Below, one piece after another: positions 52,265 to 61,240 of a stretch of 64,000 bases of DNA (its first letter is position 1; each line of letters starts with the position of its first letter). This DNA comes from Nitrosopumilus sp. (GTDB lineage Archaea; Thermoproteota; Nitrososphaeria; Nitrososphaerales; Nitrosopumilaceae), in assembly GCA_965204345.1 (NCBI GenBank), contig OZ241981.1, positions 448,001 through 512,000 of the forward strand, read 5' to 3'. The position numbers were made by a program, and so were the translations under genes. Below the pieces are notes generated by a model. It did not search any database and was not told where the DNA came from. It worked only from the letters and a program-made list of their open reading frames with translations.

Positions 52265-52525
52265 CTAATCCAAAAGATGGCCTTGGGGATATTCCTTAAT
52301 CAAGTCTTGCATGACCCATACTGCCTCATTTCTGATGGACTCGTCTGGATGCACGATAAATTTTTTGCAAAATTCCAGCCTGTCCTCGCCTGAGAGTGTC
52401 TGTGCATATCTCTGATCTATTTTGGAATGTGATATGGAATCAAATTTGGATGAGGTATCTTTTATGACAGTTATCTTGTTTTGGTCAACAACCATACATC
52501 TGCCCGGTGCAAACTTTTCAGCCAT
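52265..52525 (-). CDS. Small hypothetical protein (single HEAT-like motif)
   Basis: HPDESIRNEAVWVM. Confidence 0.5.
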   Translation of the reverse strand: MAEKFAPGRCMVVDQNKITVIKDTSSKFDSISHSKIDQRYAQTLSGEDRLEFCKKFIVHPDESIRNEAVWVMQDLIKEYPQGHLLD

Positions 52526-52555
52526 GTAAAATAAACTGCCACAAATACAATTTAA

Positions 52556-52612
52556 TGGATTTGGTATATTTGGTTATCTGATAACTGGAATTTGACAATT
52601 TATTGCCAGGGT
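52556..52612 (+). mobile_element. Truncated MITE-like left end
   Basis: ggatttggtatatttggttatctgataactggaatttgacaatttattgcca matches the family consensus. Confidence 0.6.
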
Positions 52613-52648
52613 GCTGCACTATTGGCAGTTTTTAGGATGAGTTGTCAG

Positions 52649-52897
52649 TCATTTCATGTTTGCTATGTAGGCTTGTATGTCATCCCAACCACTTGAGCAT
52701 ACCTCAGTAGGATTTCTTTTCTGCACACATATTGCTTGCTCCAGAGTGTAAATTAGATCCAGACCCGAATCTTCTCCGCACAACAGTGTACCCGGATCAT
52801 AATGAGTATAACATGTAGGTATCAAAAGTATGCCAACTATTGTAAAGATTATGACTGTAATGCCAAATAAAAGAAGATGAGATGGGATCTTGATCAT
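52649..52897 (-). CDS. Small membrane-anchored Cys-containing protein
   Basis: N-terminal hydrophobic helix and four Cys. Confidence 0.55.
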   Translation of the reverse strand: MIKIPSHLLLFGITVIIFTIVGILLIPTCYTHYDPGTLLCGEDSGLDLIYTLEQAICVQKRNPTEVCSSGWDDIQAYIANMK

Positions 52898-52916
52898 CGG
52901 AGACTCAGAAGACTTG

Positions 52917-53155
52917 GGGCATGATAAAGTTTGATGAATTGATCACCGGAGTTTAACAAAGAGAAGGCATCGGTCTTATTTCAGACAACGGTGATAAAGT
53001 TTGATGAATTGATCACCGGAGTTTAACAGTAAATTGCAAGAGAGTGTTTTCTTAAAAAAAAATTACCCCGTCATCAAAGAATCCCAAAGTAAGTGCAATT
53101 AAGAGACTGCTAAATTTATGATTAATAGCATAGGACACCGAAATTTGTCAAACCT
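52917..53155 (+). mobile_element. MITE-like element whose left end carries a 36-bp duplication plus insert
   Basis: 52992-53153 aligns with the reverse complement of 54065-54212 over about 150 bp. Confidence 0.7.
52922..53028. repeat. 36-37-bp perfect direct repeat flanking a 33-34-bp unique insert (CRISPR-like single-spacer unit)
   Basis: tgataaagtttgatgaattgatcaccggagtttaac(a) at 52922 and 52992. Confidence 0.95.
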
Positions 53156-53210
53156 CCTGACATACAGGAATTGAATTATTACAGTAACGATGAACTATTC
53201 GTAGATATTA

Positions 53211-53405
53211 TTAATTATAATTTCCAAGTGTTCCTTGTCCTATATAACACACATCAATTAAAGGTGCTCGACATACACCATCTTCTTCATCAATAAAACA
53301 TTCAATACATCCAAATTCATCTACGGGAAGATCTGTTGTAGTAATAGGTATGAATATTGTGATAACAAATACTACTATGCCAATCAGTATAGCTATTTTC
53401 TTCAA
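53211..53405 (-). CDS. Small secreted or membrane Cys-containing protein
   Basis: MKK plus hydrophobic signal and four Cys; TTG start. Confidence 0.5.
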   Translation of the reverse strand: MKKIAILIGIVVFVITIFIPITTTDLPVDEFGCIECFIDEEDGVCRAPLIDVCYIGQGTLGNYN

Positions 53406-53430
53406 TAAGAAAAAAAGAGAAAAGTAATAT

Positions 53431-54057
53431 TTATTGGATTCCTAGCTCTGAAACTACGTTTTCCCAAGGACTAAATACTTTGAATAGAGCGTCTTTATTG
53501 TTAGCATCACAACCCGGAATAGTAAATGGATTATCATTTATCTCAGTGATGAAGCAGCCTTTACCCACATGTATACCAAGTAATCTTACATCTGTTCCAT
53601 CTACATCACTGTAAGTTGGTGAACCCGAATCACCTTTTGTACTTGGATAATTAGCTATTGCTTGATTTAGTAATGTATAGCCATCCATGGTACAGTTGCA
53701 TTTTGGTACTGTAATCCACCATAACCATCATTTTTTATTTCTGCAATTTTCACAACATTACCAGCTATCATGCCAGATAGTCCACCTTTTTCTACAACAT
53801 TTAGAGTTATATCTGCTAGTCCATTATGTGTAAGGATTTCATCTGCTCTAAATATTATTGATGGATTAGTTACTTTTACTAATGCAGCATCTGCAATTGG
53901 ATTTATTGAACCATATACATTTGAGTCTCTAACTACATTATCAATTTCTGTTCTAGGTGAAATGAGAGGTAGCTGTTTAACAAATATTTCTCTATTTTGT
54001 ACTATATCTGAAGTAGCATGAGATGAAATAACAATGCAGTTGTTATTGTTTTGTTGT
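53431..54057 (-). pseudogene. 5'-truncated, frameshifted trypsin-like (S1) serine protease
   Basis: ISSHA and IADAALV are in one frame, while KGDSGSP..LLGIHVG is in another (shift near 53690); no start codon. Confidence 0.75.
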
Positions 54058-54061
54058 ACTT

Positions 54062-54215
54062 GGCTTTGGTAAATTTTGGTGTTTTATGCCACAAATCACA
54101 AATATAAGTCTGAACTGCACCTTGAGATTTTTTCCTGACTGGATATCTAAGAAAATTATCTCTTGCAATTTACCGTTAAATTCCAGTAATCAGATCATCA
54201 AAATTTACCAAATCT
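54062..54215 (-). mobile_element. Best-preserved MITE-like element, about 150 bp with terminal inverted repeats
   Basis: Starts tttggtaaattttggtg and ends catcaaaatttaccaaa (16/17 inverted match); no ORF; no clear target-site duplication. Confidence 0.72.
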
Positions 54216-54254
54216 AAATTGAACAGTCCTATAAAATGTCCCGAATTTTGAAGT

Positions 54255-54302
54255 GTATCAAATTTATCTCTCGTGCCTATTCCTCATGAACGCAACAGAA
54301 CC
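54255..54302. mobile_element. MITE-like end relic ending gcaacagaacc (reverse complement GGTTCTGTTGC)
   Basis: Similar to 36610-36655 and to the reverse complement of 19421-19453. Confidence 0.55.
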
Positions 54303-54589
54303 GGTAAAACAACAACAATAATAATAATCACCACGTCAGTATTTTATTGGCTCCAGTCTCAGCATCAGGAGCTGGAGAATGTTTTACGATGCATGTTTGG
54401 GCATATTTTGGTGCAATTAGAGAAGATAGTATGGATTCAAAGAGGGGTTATTCTCAAAATTGATCAAAAACGCAGGATTTTGGACTAAGAGTATTTATGA
54501 AAGCATGTAGATGAATCAGCCTAGGATACAATCAGATTAGAGGGAGATAAAATGAGACAGAATTACAAAACAGAAAGGAATGAAATAAT

Positions 54590-55630
54590 TTGAGAATAAT
54601 ACTGTGCGGTTTTGGACTAGTGGGCCAAAGCTTGGTAAAATTATTTGAATCCAGGACAGATGACCTTTATGCAAAATATGGGTTAAAACCACGTGTTGTA
54701 GGAGTGGCAGACAGCAAGGGCAGTGCAGTTGATCAGTCAGGACTAGACTTTAACAGACTGGTAGAAACAAAGAAGAAATTTGGCACTGTAAAGAACTATT
54801 CAGACAAGCAAAACACAATGTCAGGCATAGAGATGCTCAAAAACATCCAGGCAGACGTTCTCATAGAGACTACGGCAAGCAACTACAGGGATGCAGAGCC
54901 GGGAATGACCCACATAACCACGGCTATGAGAAAGGGAATGCATGTTATTTCAGTAAATAAGGGCCCATTGGCGCTGGCATTTCCATCGCTGCTGGAACTG
55001 GCAATATACAATCAAGTCATATTAAAATTCAGTGGGACCGTAGGAGGGGGAACCCCAATTTTAGACTATGCCAAAAACAGTCTCAGCGGAGAGAAAATAA
55101 CATCATTTGCAGGAATTCTCAACGGGACTACAAACTACATTTTGACAAACATGGGAACAGGCATATCATATAGTGATGCATTAAGGGATGCCCAAGATAG
55201 GGGATACGTCGAGGCAGACGAGTCTTTGGATTTGGACGGACTGGATGCGGCAGCAAAATTGGTTATTCTTGCAAATTGGATAATGGGAATGAAGGTCACA
55301 CTGCCTGATATTGATTGTACGGGTATTAGAAAAGTCACACTAGATGACATTAAAAAAGCTGAAAAAAATAATTCCTCAGTAAAGCTAATTGCATCATGTG
55401 ATAAGAAATTGATAGTAGCGCCAAAAGAGATACCAAACGAGGATCCGCTGTGCGTGAATGGAACGCTAAATGCGATTTCGTTTACCTCAGAGCACTCAGG
55501 AACTCAGACAATTATCGGCAAGGGCGCGGGAGGTACAGAGACTGCCAGCTCAATTTTAAGGGATTTGTTGGAGATTAGGCAAGAGATAAGCAACAATTCA
55601 TTTCATTATTACTATGACACAAAAAAATAA
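54590..55630 (+). CDS. hom: Homoserine dehydrogenase
   Basis: GFGLVG, HVISVNKGP, TVGGGTP, GILNGTTNYIL, DAAAK and GKGAGG motifs. Confidence 0.96.
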   Translation: MRIILCGFGLVGQSLVKLFESRTDDLYAKYGLKPRVVGVADSKGSAVDQSGLDFNRLVETKKKFGTVKNYSDKQNTMSGIEMLKNIQADVLIETTASNYRDAEPGMTHITTAMRKGMHVISVNKGPLALAFPSLLELAIYNQVILKFSGTVGGGTPILDYAKNSLSGEKITSFAGILNGTTNYILTNMGTGISYSDALRDAQDRGYVEADESLDLDGLDAAAKLVILANWIMGMKVTLPDIDCTGIRKVTLDDIKKAEKNNSSVKLIASCDKKLIVAPKEIPNEDPLCVNGTLNAISFTSEHSGTQTIIGKGAGGTETASSILRDLLEIRQEISNNSFHYYYDTKK

Positions 55631-55651
55631 GAAACACATGCTTGGGATAGT

Positions 55652-56134
55652 GTGAGATTGAAGTCAAATCTAATTTCAAAGAGCGAGACAAGCGCGCTGC
55701 TCAAAACAGTGTCAGAGAGGTGGGGAATAAAATTGCCAAAAATGAAAAACCTCAAAGTTCATCAGATTCTAGATGATGCGCAGATAATTACAGGTGATGG
55801 AATCAAAATACTAAAAGTTGACGGTGATTATTTGCCATTTTTGTCAGAAACAAAGACACTGGAGAGGTTTCCAGCAGTCACAGTGGACATGGGGGCAGTC
55901 AAGTTCATGTGCAAGGGCGCAAATTTGATGAGGCCGGGAATCAAGGAATTTACAGAATTTCAAAAAGACAAGCTAGTGTGCATAGTAGAGGAATCCCAGC
56001 ACAAGTTTTTAGCAGTTGGAAAATCCATGGTTTCAAGCTTGGAATTGGGGAATATGGAAAAGGGGGAGGTCATTAAGAATATTCACTACATCTCAGACAA
56101 ATTCTGGGAGACAGGTAAAACAATTTACGACTAG
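55652..56134 (+). CDS. PUA-domain RNA-binding protein (MCT-1/Tma20-like)
   Basis: VTVDMGAVKFMCKGANLMRPGI and HYISD motifs. Confidence 0.88.
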   Translation: MRLKSNLISKSETSALLKTVSERWGIKLPKMKNLKVHQILDDAQIITGDGIKILKVDGDYLPFLSETKTLERFPAVTVDMGAVKFMCKGANLMRPGIKEFTEFQKDKLVCIVEESQHKFLAVGKSMVSSLELGNMEKGEVIKNIHYISDKFWETGKTIYD

Positions 56135-56162
56135 GATGCAATCCTGAAGATTTGAAATCCAG

Positions 56163-56759
56163 TTACTTTATCTCTTCGGTAAATTCTTCGGTACCGTCAT
56201 TTGTAATGACAAGCACGTCCAAGCCATCGCCACTTGCAGAATCCCTCAAGGCAGCAGAACGAACCGCACGTTTTGCCAGATCAACTGCCTCATCCTTGCT
56301 CATGTTTGGCTTGAATTGAGGATCCAAAACGCCCAAAGCCATTTCAGCGCCGGTTCCAACTGCAGCATAATCATCAGGAAGTACCGAACCTAACGGATCC
56401 AAGGTATACATGATTGGTTTATCAACGACGCCACCAACAATTACCTGAGTCAGTAACGGAAAGTATCTTCTCTCATACATCATATTTGACATCATTTTGG
56501 CAACAGTATTTGGAGGAACGTCTCTTTTGAGTTCCATTTTTCTAATTTTGGCAAGAGCGGAAATTTGTAAAGACAGGATTTGCATATCAGCCACAAGGCC
56601 AGCACAGGTTGCACCAACTTTGGGAGTAATTGGGAATGTTTTCTTTGTAGACTTGCTTACAAGAAAGTTTCCAAAGGCGATCCGTTTCTCACTGGCAAAA
56701 GCTACGCCGCCATCAAAAGTAATCCCAACAGCAGTTGCTCCTGGCATATACATTGACAT
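56163..56759 (-). CDS. psmB: Proteasome subunit beta
   Basis: MPGATAVGI, AGLVAD, DPLGS and RDSASGDG motifs; the canonical G-T-T catalytic start is G-A-T here; ATG 56759 preferred. Confidence 0.92.
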   Translation of the reverse strand: MSMYMPGATAVGITFDGGVAFASEKRIAFGNFLVSKSTKKTFPITPKVGATCAGLVADMQILSLQISALAKIRKMELKRDVPPNTVAKMMSNMMYERRYFPLLTQVIVGGVVDKPIMYTLDPLGSVLPDDYAAVGTGAEMALGVLDPQFKPNMSKDEAVDLAKRAVRSAALRDSASGDGLDVLVITNDGTEEFTEEIK

Positions 56760-56854
56760 ATTTGAAATAATTTTACCGCATAATAAAGGGCTTTCTACAT
56801 TTAAGGTGTAATTTATCAGCAAAATAATTATACTCAAAATTAGAGACAAACGTA

Positions 56855-57271
56855 TTGACAGCAGCTGAGATTAGAGAGAAATTTCTAAATGATATTGTCT
56901 TTATGGGTTTAAGGGCAACTGTAGGGGTCATCTTTATTCTCCATGGAATCCCAAAATTCGGTCCGGGATTTGCAGAAAACTTACCAAACATGGGATTACC
57001 AGCCGAGATGGCAATACCAATTGCACTGGCTGAGCTGGTTCCGGGAATATTACTACTGATAGGGGTTCTCAGTAGGCTATCAGCATCGTTGATTTCAATA
57101 ATCATGCTAGGTGCAATCTTTATGGTAAAGGGAGCCTCAAGCATTACAGGCAAGGGAGGAGTAGAGTTTGATTTGATTTTGCTTGCATCTGCACTAGTAA
57201 TCATGATAGCAGGTCCAGGAAGAATATCACTTGCTCAAGTCATCAAAAAAATACCCAGATGTCTTCACTAG
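56855..57271 (+). CDS. DoxX family membrane protein
   Basis: LR..VG..FILHG..KF, AEL..G..LL.G, GVEFDL and GPGRISL patterns. Confidence 0.88.
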   Translation: MTAAEIREKFLNDIVFMGLRATVGVIFILHGIPKFGPGFAENLPNMGLPAEMAIPIALAELVPGILLLIGVLSRLSASLISIIMLGAIFMVKGASSITGKGGVEFDLILLASALVIMIAGPGRISLAQVIKKIPRCLH

Positions 57272-57427
57272 GATTGTTGCCAAAATTACCCACAATATGC
57301 ACACACATGTGTTTTGTAGTTTTTTTAACAAGCAAATCCAGCAGATCTGTTTGTAGAATAAATTCTTCAAGGCATGTACGGACATCATCAATGCCAGAAT
57401 CCGCATGTTTGGCAGGACATGTGTTAA

Positions 57428-58291
57428 TCACACAATTTTATCAAAGGGTTTCATTATTGCAGGAATTTCATCTAGTAAATCCATAGAGGTCATGTGTAAT
57501 CCCAGTCTTTTTTGTGCTGCCTTGCCGGCCAAGCCGTTGATAAAGCATGCAGCAGCGGCAGATTCCAAGGAATTTCGGTTATTTGACAGCAATCCGGCAA
57601 CCAGACCAGAGAGGACATCACCGGTACCTCCAACAGTCATAGCAGGGGTTTTTTTCTCATTAAGATACGTGGTATCCCCATTAGAAATCACATCAGTTGC
57701 ACCCTTTAGCAACACGGTAATTCCAAACTCTTTTGCTTTTTTCTCGACAAGTCTAATGCGCTCAATTTTAGAACTTGAAGGAACAGCCCCAAACAGTCTC
57801 TTAAACTCCCCAGCATGAGGGGTGACTATAACATTCTTGTTGGCAAGCACAGGCAAGACCTCAGGAACCAATGCACTAGCATCAAGGGACAGCCTGACGT
57901 CTCTATCAAGCAGTGACCTTACAAAATGCAGCAACGAGTTCCTATCAGATATTGCAAGTCCCATGCCAATGGTAGCAGAATGCAAATTGCGAGGCAGTGC
58001 GCCAATTAGTTTTTTCACGGCACCCAAAGTGAGTTTTTGGTCAACTAGAGGAATCACGATTAAGTTTGGAGAGACAGAGCGGGTTGGAGCCACATTAATT
58101 TTTGGAACAGAGGTGTAAACAAGATCTGTGCCACACTTCAATGCGGCCAATGATGAGAGTATTGGAGCACCGTGGTAAATGTAGCTTCCACCAACAACTA
58201 AAACAATACCGTTATCACCTTTTCGTGATTTTGATTTTCGAGACGGAATGAATTTTCTGACAGCAGATGCGGTCAAGTTTTTTCCCACCAT
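57428..58291 (-). CDS. nnrD: ADP/ATP-dependent NAD(P)HX dehydratase (YjeF C-terminal)
   Basis: KGDNG.VLVVGGS..YHGAP, TPHAGEF, LLKG and GGTGDVLSG motifs. Confidence 0.92.
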   Translation of the reverse strand: MVGKNLTASAVRKFIPSRKSKSRKGDNGIVLVVGGSYIYHGAPILSSLAALKCGTDLVYTSVPKINVAPTRSVSPNLIVIPLVDQKLTLGAVKKLIGALPRNLHSATIGMGLAISDRNSLLHFVRSLLDRDVRLSLDASALVPEVLPVLANKNVIVTPHAGEFKRLFGAVPSSSKIERIRLVEKKAKEFGITVLLKGATDVISNGDTTYLNEKKTPAMTVGGTGDVLSGLVAGLLSNNRNSLESAAAACFINGLAGKAAQKRLGLHMTSMDLLDEIPAIMKPFDKIV

Positions 58292-58341
58292 GTACAGTAT
58301 AATAAAAAATGCATGAATAAATCTTGTTTTATATTTAATGA

Positions 58342-59244
58342 TTATGAGGATTTTTTGGCAGCCTTTTTTACAGTTTTTGTGCCTTTTGTAGTCTTCGAAG
58401 AAGTCTTTTTCGCAGATGCAGTCGTGGATTTTTTGGCAGGTGATCTTTTAGAATCCCCCTCATCTCTGCCAAAGAATGCCTTTCGTGCAAAACAAAGATA
58501 CGCAGTATGGCCAATTCCTTGAAACGAATGCCTGGTTTTTCCTTCCCTAGCTTCAATGTTTCGTATAATGTGCTCTGTTGACTCTATATCGGTAAACTCG
58601 TTTTCAACTAGGGCCATCGTCAGTTTTTCTAACTGGTTCATCGTGGGGCAAATCGCAAATAGGCATCCACTGCCCTTTAGCATTTGGCGTACCTGAGGAA
58701 CTACGACCCAGGGATCTCCCAGATCAACAAATGCCACGTCCATGTCTTCCAAAGGCATCTTTTTTGCAGTCTTTAGATCCAAATTGTGCTGTGTGACATA
58801 TTTTGAAACGCCGGCTTTTTTGATATTTTTTTCTGCAATCTTTATAAATTTCTCATCAACATCAAAAGTGTAAACGTGGCCTCTGGGGCGCACAATGTTG
58901 GCAACAAAGGATGTAAGAGAGCCGCTGCCTGTACCAATCTCCAGGATTTTTTGGCCGCTGCCAATACCGGACCGTGCAATGATGTAGCCAATATCCTTAG
59001 GATAAACAATCTGCGTGCCGTGCTGAATTTTCATGACATAGTCGTACATTGTCGGCTCTAAAAGATAGACATACTTGTCTTTGTTTGTGATTAATCTAGA
59101 GCCATACTCTGCACCAATGGCATCAGAATGTCTGATAACCCCAATGTGGGTATGAAATGACTCGTTTTTGGATATTTTTGCAAGCCATTTTTTGGAGTTA
59201 TTATAAAAGAACAAAACAGGAGAGTTTTGTTTTATTTTTCCCAT
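58342..59244 (-). CDS. trmI: tRNA (adenine-N1)-methyltransferase
   Basis: TQIVYPKD, EIGTGSGSLT, DLGDPW and HTAYL motifs. Confidence 0.93.
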   Translation of the reverse strand: MGKIKQNSPVLFFYNNSKKWLAKISKNESFHTHIGVIRHSDAIGAEYGSRLITNKDKYVYLLEPTMYDYVMKIQHGTQIVYPKDIGYIIARSGIGSGQKILEIGTGSGSLTSFVANIVRPRGHVYTFDVDEKFIKIAEKNIKKAGVSKYVTQHNLDLKTAKKMPLEDMDVAFVDLGDPWVVVPQVRQMLKGSGCLFAICPTMNQLEKLTMALVENEFTDIESTEHIIRNIEAREGKTRHSFQGIGHTAYLCFARKAFFGRDEGDSKRSPAKKSTTASAKKTSSKTTKGTKTVKKAAKKSS

Positions 59245-59345
59245 GTAATTTTCTTAGAAATTTTAGATAAGAATCTACTGGTTTACAGAATTGCCAAATT
59301 TGCAAACTCAATAGGCTTAAGTTCAGAGTCAACATAAAAAAAAGC

Positions 59346-59471
59346 ATGAAGGAAAAAAGGTTTCACACATGCAAGAACTGCGGCACGGAATTTCCGTCAG
59401 CTGAGATTAGGCTTTATTGTAAAGTGTGCAAATCAAACCTGGATAAAGCAGGGAACTTGCCCAAAATTTAA
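59346..59471 (+). CDS. 41-aa zinc-ribbon microprotein (MKEKRFHTCKNCG...CKVCK...)
   Basis: Manually translated; two CxxC motifs. Confidence 0.6.
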   Translation: MKEKRFHTCKNCGTEFPSAEIRLYCKVCKSNLDKAGNLPKI

Positions 59472-59593
59472 CCCTTGTAAAACGAATATAACATTGAATT
59501 TTTTTTAAAAAAAAATAAGGCATGTCATCGTTTATGAAAATATCAGTTGCCATTGCATTTATCATAGTTTTTGTGACAATTTAGTTTAGAAAG

Positions 59594-59797
59594 TCAGTTA
59601 CCGTTGTTGCTTTTTTCTTTGAAACTGTTGTCCTTTTCATTAAAGACAAGATCAGAATCGCCCTCTTTCTTTTTGAACTCGTCATAATCCTTTTTTTGCT
59701 TGAGCATTTGTGAGCGATATTCATCATGATGCTGTTTTGGAGAGTTGTTTTGAGACTGCCTGGTTTTTTTCAACATCTCAAATATTGCCCGTATCAT
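59594..59797 (-). CDS. Small hypothetical protein
   Basis: 67-aa charged ORF. Confidence 0.45.
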   Translation of the reverse strand: MIRAIFEMLKKTRQSQNNSPKQHHDEYRSQMLKQKKDYDEFKKKEGDSDLVFNEKDNSFKEKSNNGN

Positions 59798-59902
59798 AAT
59801 TTTTTCAACACCACATCAATAATTAATCCTCCGAATCGCACACGGCACAAAAGCCCAAGAAACAGTCAATAGCCTTAAGTTTAGAATCAAAGTCTAAAAC
59901 AT

Positions 59903-60214
59903 ATGAAAAAATCGCTGGGAAGTTTTAGGATTGAAAAGTCATCTTCGGCTAACCCAGGCAACATCAAATGGACACAAAAAGTGACAAATGATTCAAAAAA
60001 GCCAAGGAAAAAACCTGTTAAAAAAGATCAAAAGTCATCTTCAACCAATATTGTATACACAGACAAAGTAGCAGAAAAAAAGGCAGGAAAAAACTTTAAG
60101 ATTGAAGATAACACTCAAAAAGTATCAAAGGGAGAGAGCGTTGGCAAGAAATTTCAAAAATCTTCTGCATCCAATTGTAAGATCAAACAAGGGTTTAGAA
60201 GGCCGGGAAGATAA
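59903..60214 (+). CDS. Lys/Ser-rich basic low-complexity protein with internal KSS repeats
   Basis: ORF with three KSSS/KSSA-containing segments. Confidence 0.5.
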   Translation: MKKSLGSFRIEKSSSANPGNIKWTQKVTNDSKKPRKKPVKKDQKSSSTNIVYTDKVAEKKAGKNFKIEDNTQKVSKGESVGKKFQKSSASNCKIKQGFRRPGR

Positions 60215-60542
60215 TAAGACAGGAAAGAAATCAGCGTTAATTACATCCTTAGAAACTAGGAGCTTTGCCGGTGATTATTTTGGCGGGTTTGGATTTTCTC
60301 AGGTTGGCAAATATTGCCAAATTATAAAGGATGTTTTATGCTTGGAAAAAAATAGCCATGCAAAAAACGGGCATCAAAAACAAGCAAAGCAATCCAGTGT
60401 TTAGAAATTTAACCCAAATGTAATAATTTTTGGTTCTGGTTTTTTAACATATACTGGGTCTTAGCAGACACATAGAGTCAGAGACATCTTGCGGTGTTAG
60501 CTGGAAGGGCCCGTTGCTCACATAAACTAGTTAATACATCAG

Positions 60543-60575
60543 AGTCTCCACGTATGGAGACTGGCTTTTTTTTTT
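60543..60575 (+). terminator. Hairpin plus oligo-T terminator-like element
   Basis: agtctcca-cgta-tggagact stem-loop followed by ggc and T10. Confidence 0.5.
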
Positions 60576-60650
60576 CGCAATGGAATTAAACCCAAAAATT
60601 TAGGACGTTCTTGCTTCAAACAGTATTTAATACCAAGAAAAGGAAATGAG

Positions 60651-60974
60651 ATGTTGGCAGAAATTCAGCTAGAAGGATCCGGAGGATGGATAAAGGCAGA
60701 CCTTACAGATGAGCAAGCAACTAAATCAAAGCTTGTTCCAAATATAGAAAAGCACTTTTTGGCATCACTTGAAAAACTAGACACTGCAAAAATGAACAGG
60801 CATTTTTGCAAGCAATGCAACTCTGAATTTGACGGTGCAACACAAATCCGGATTGAAGAGCAGCCAAATGAGGCAGTTGCAGACGGATTAACCCTGATAG
60901 AGAGAGGACAGTATACCTGTCACAAATGTAATTCCATCATAGGCGAATACAGGGTATTTCAGAAATCAGAGTGA
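60651..60974 (+). CDS. Conserved zinc-binding hypothetical protein
   Basis: CKQC ... CHKC. Confidence 0.7.
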   Translation: MLAEIQLEGSGGWIKADLTDEQATKSKLVPNIEKHFLASLEKLDTAKMNRHFCKQCNSEFDGATQIRIEEQPNEAVADGLTLIERGQYTCHKCNSIIGEYRVFQKSE

Positions 60975-61053
60975 TATCCAAGGTAGTTTTTAGTTATTTT
61001 TAGCACGCTGGAAAATACGTATTCATTAAATATCGCAATTTTTTAGATGTAGC

Positions 61054-61191
61054 ATGGCAAATATGAAATGCGTATCATGTGGAATCAGCTTCTTTTCCCC
61101 AATGGGATCAGAGAAGTGTTCCAGATGTGCCGGAAAAGAATCTCAAGGACATGAGGGTCATGATTCCTGCGGTTGTGGACACAGCCATTAA
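61054..61191 (+). CDS. 45-aa Cys/His-rich microprotein (CVSC...CSRC...GHEGHDSCGCGHSH)
   Basis: Manually translated; below the ORF-track cutoff. Confidence 0.65.
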   Translation: MANMKCVSCGISFFSPMGSEKCSRCAGKESQGHEGHDSCGCGHSH

Positions 61192-61240
61192 TTCCTTTTT
61201 TCCATAGCAAGAATATATTGAACAGTTAACACTCAAGTGT

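Noticed and set aside
52922-53028. Canonical CRISPR array
   Set aside because: It has only two repeats, no cas genes or leader are evident, and the repeat is part of a dispersed MITE-like element. Reported instead as an ectopic integration-like scar.
52556-54215. Integron attC cassette array
   Set aside because: GTTAAAT/ATTTAAC boxes are present but in the reverse order to attC, copies occur in both orientations, they extend into ~150-bp elements with terminal inverted repeats, and no integrase is seen.
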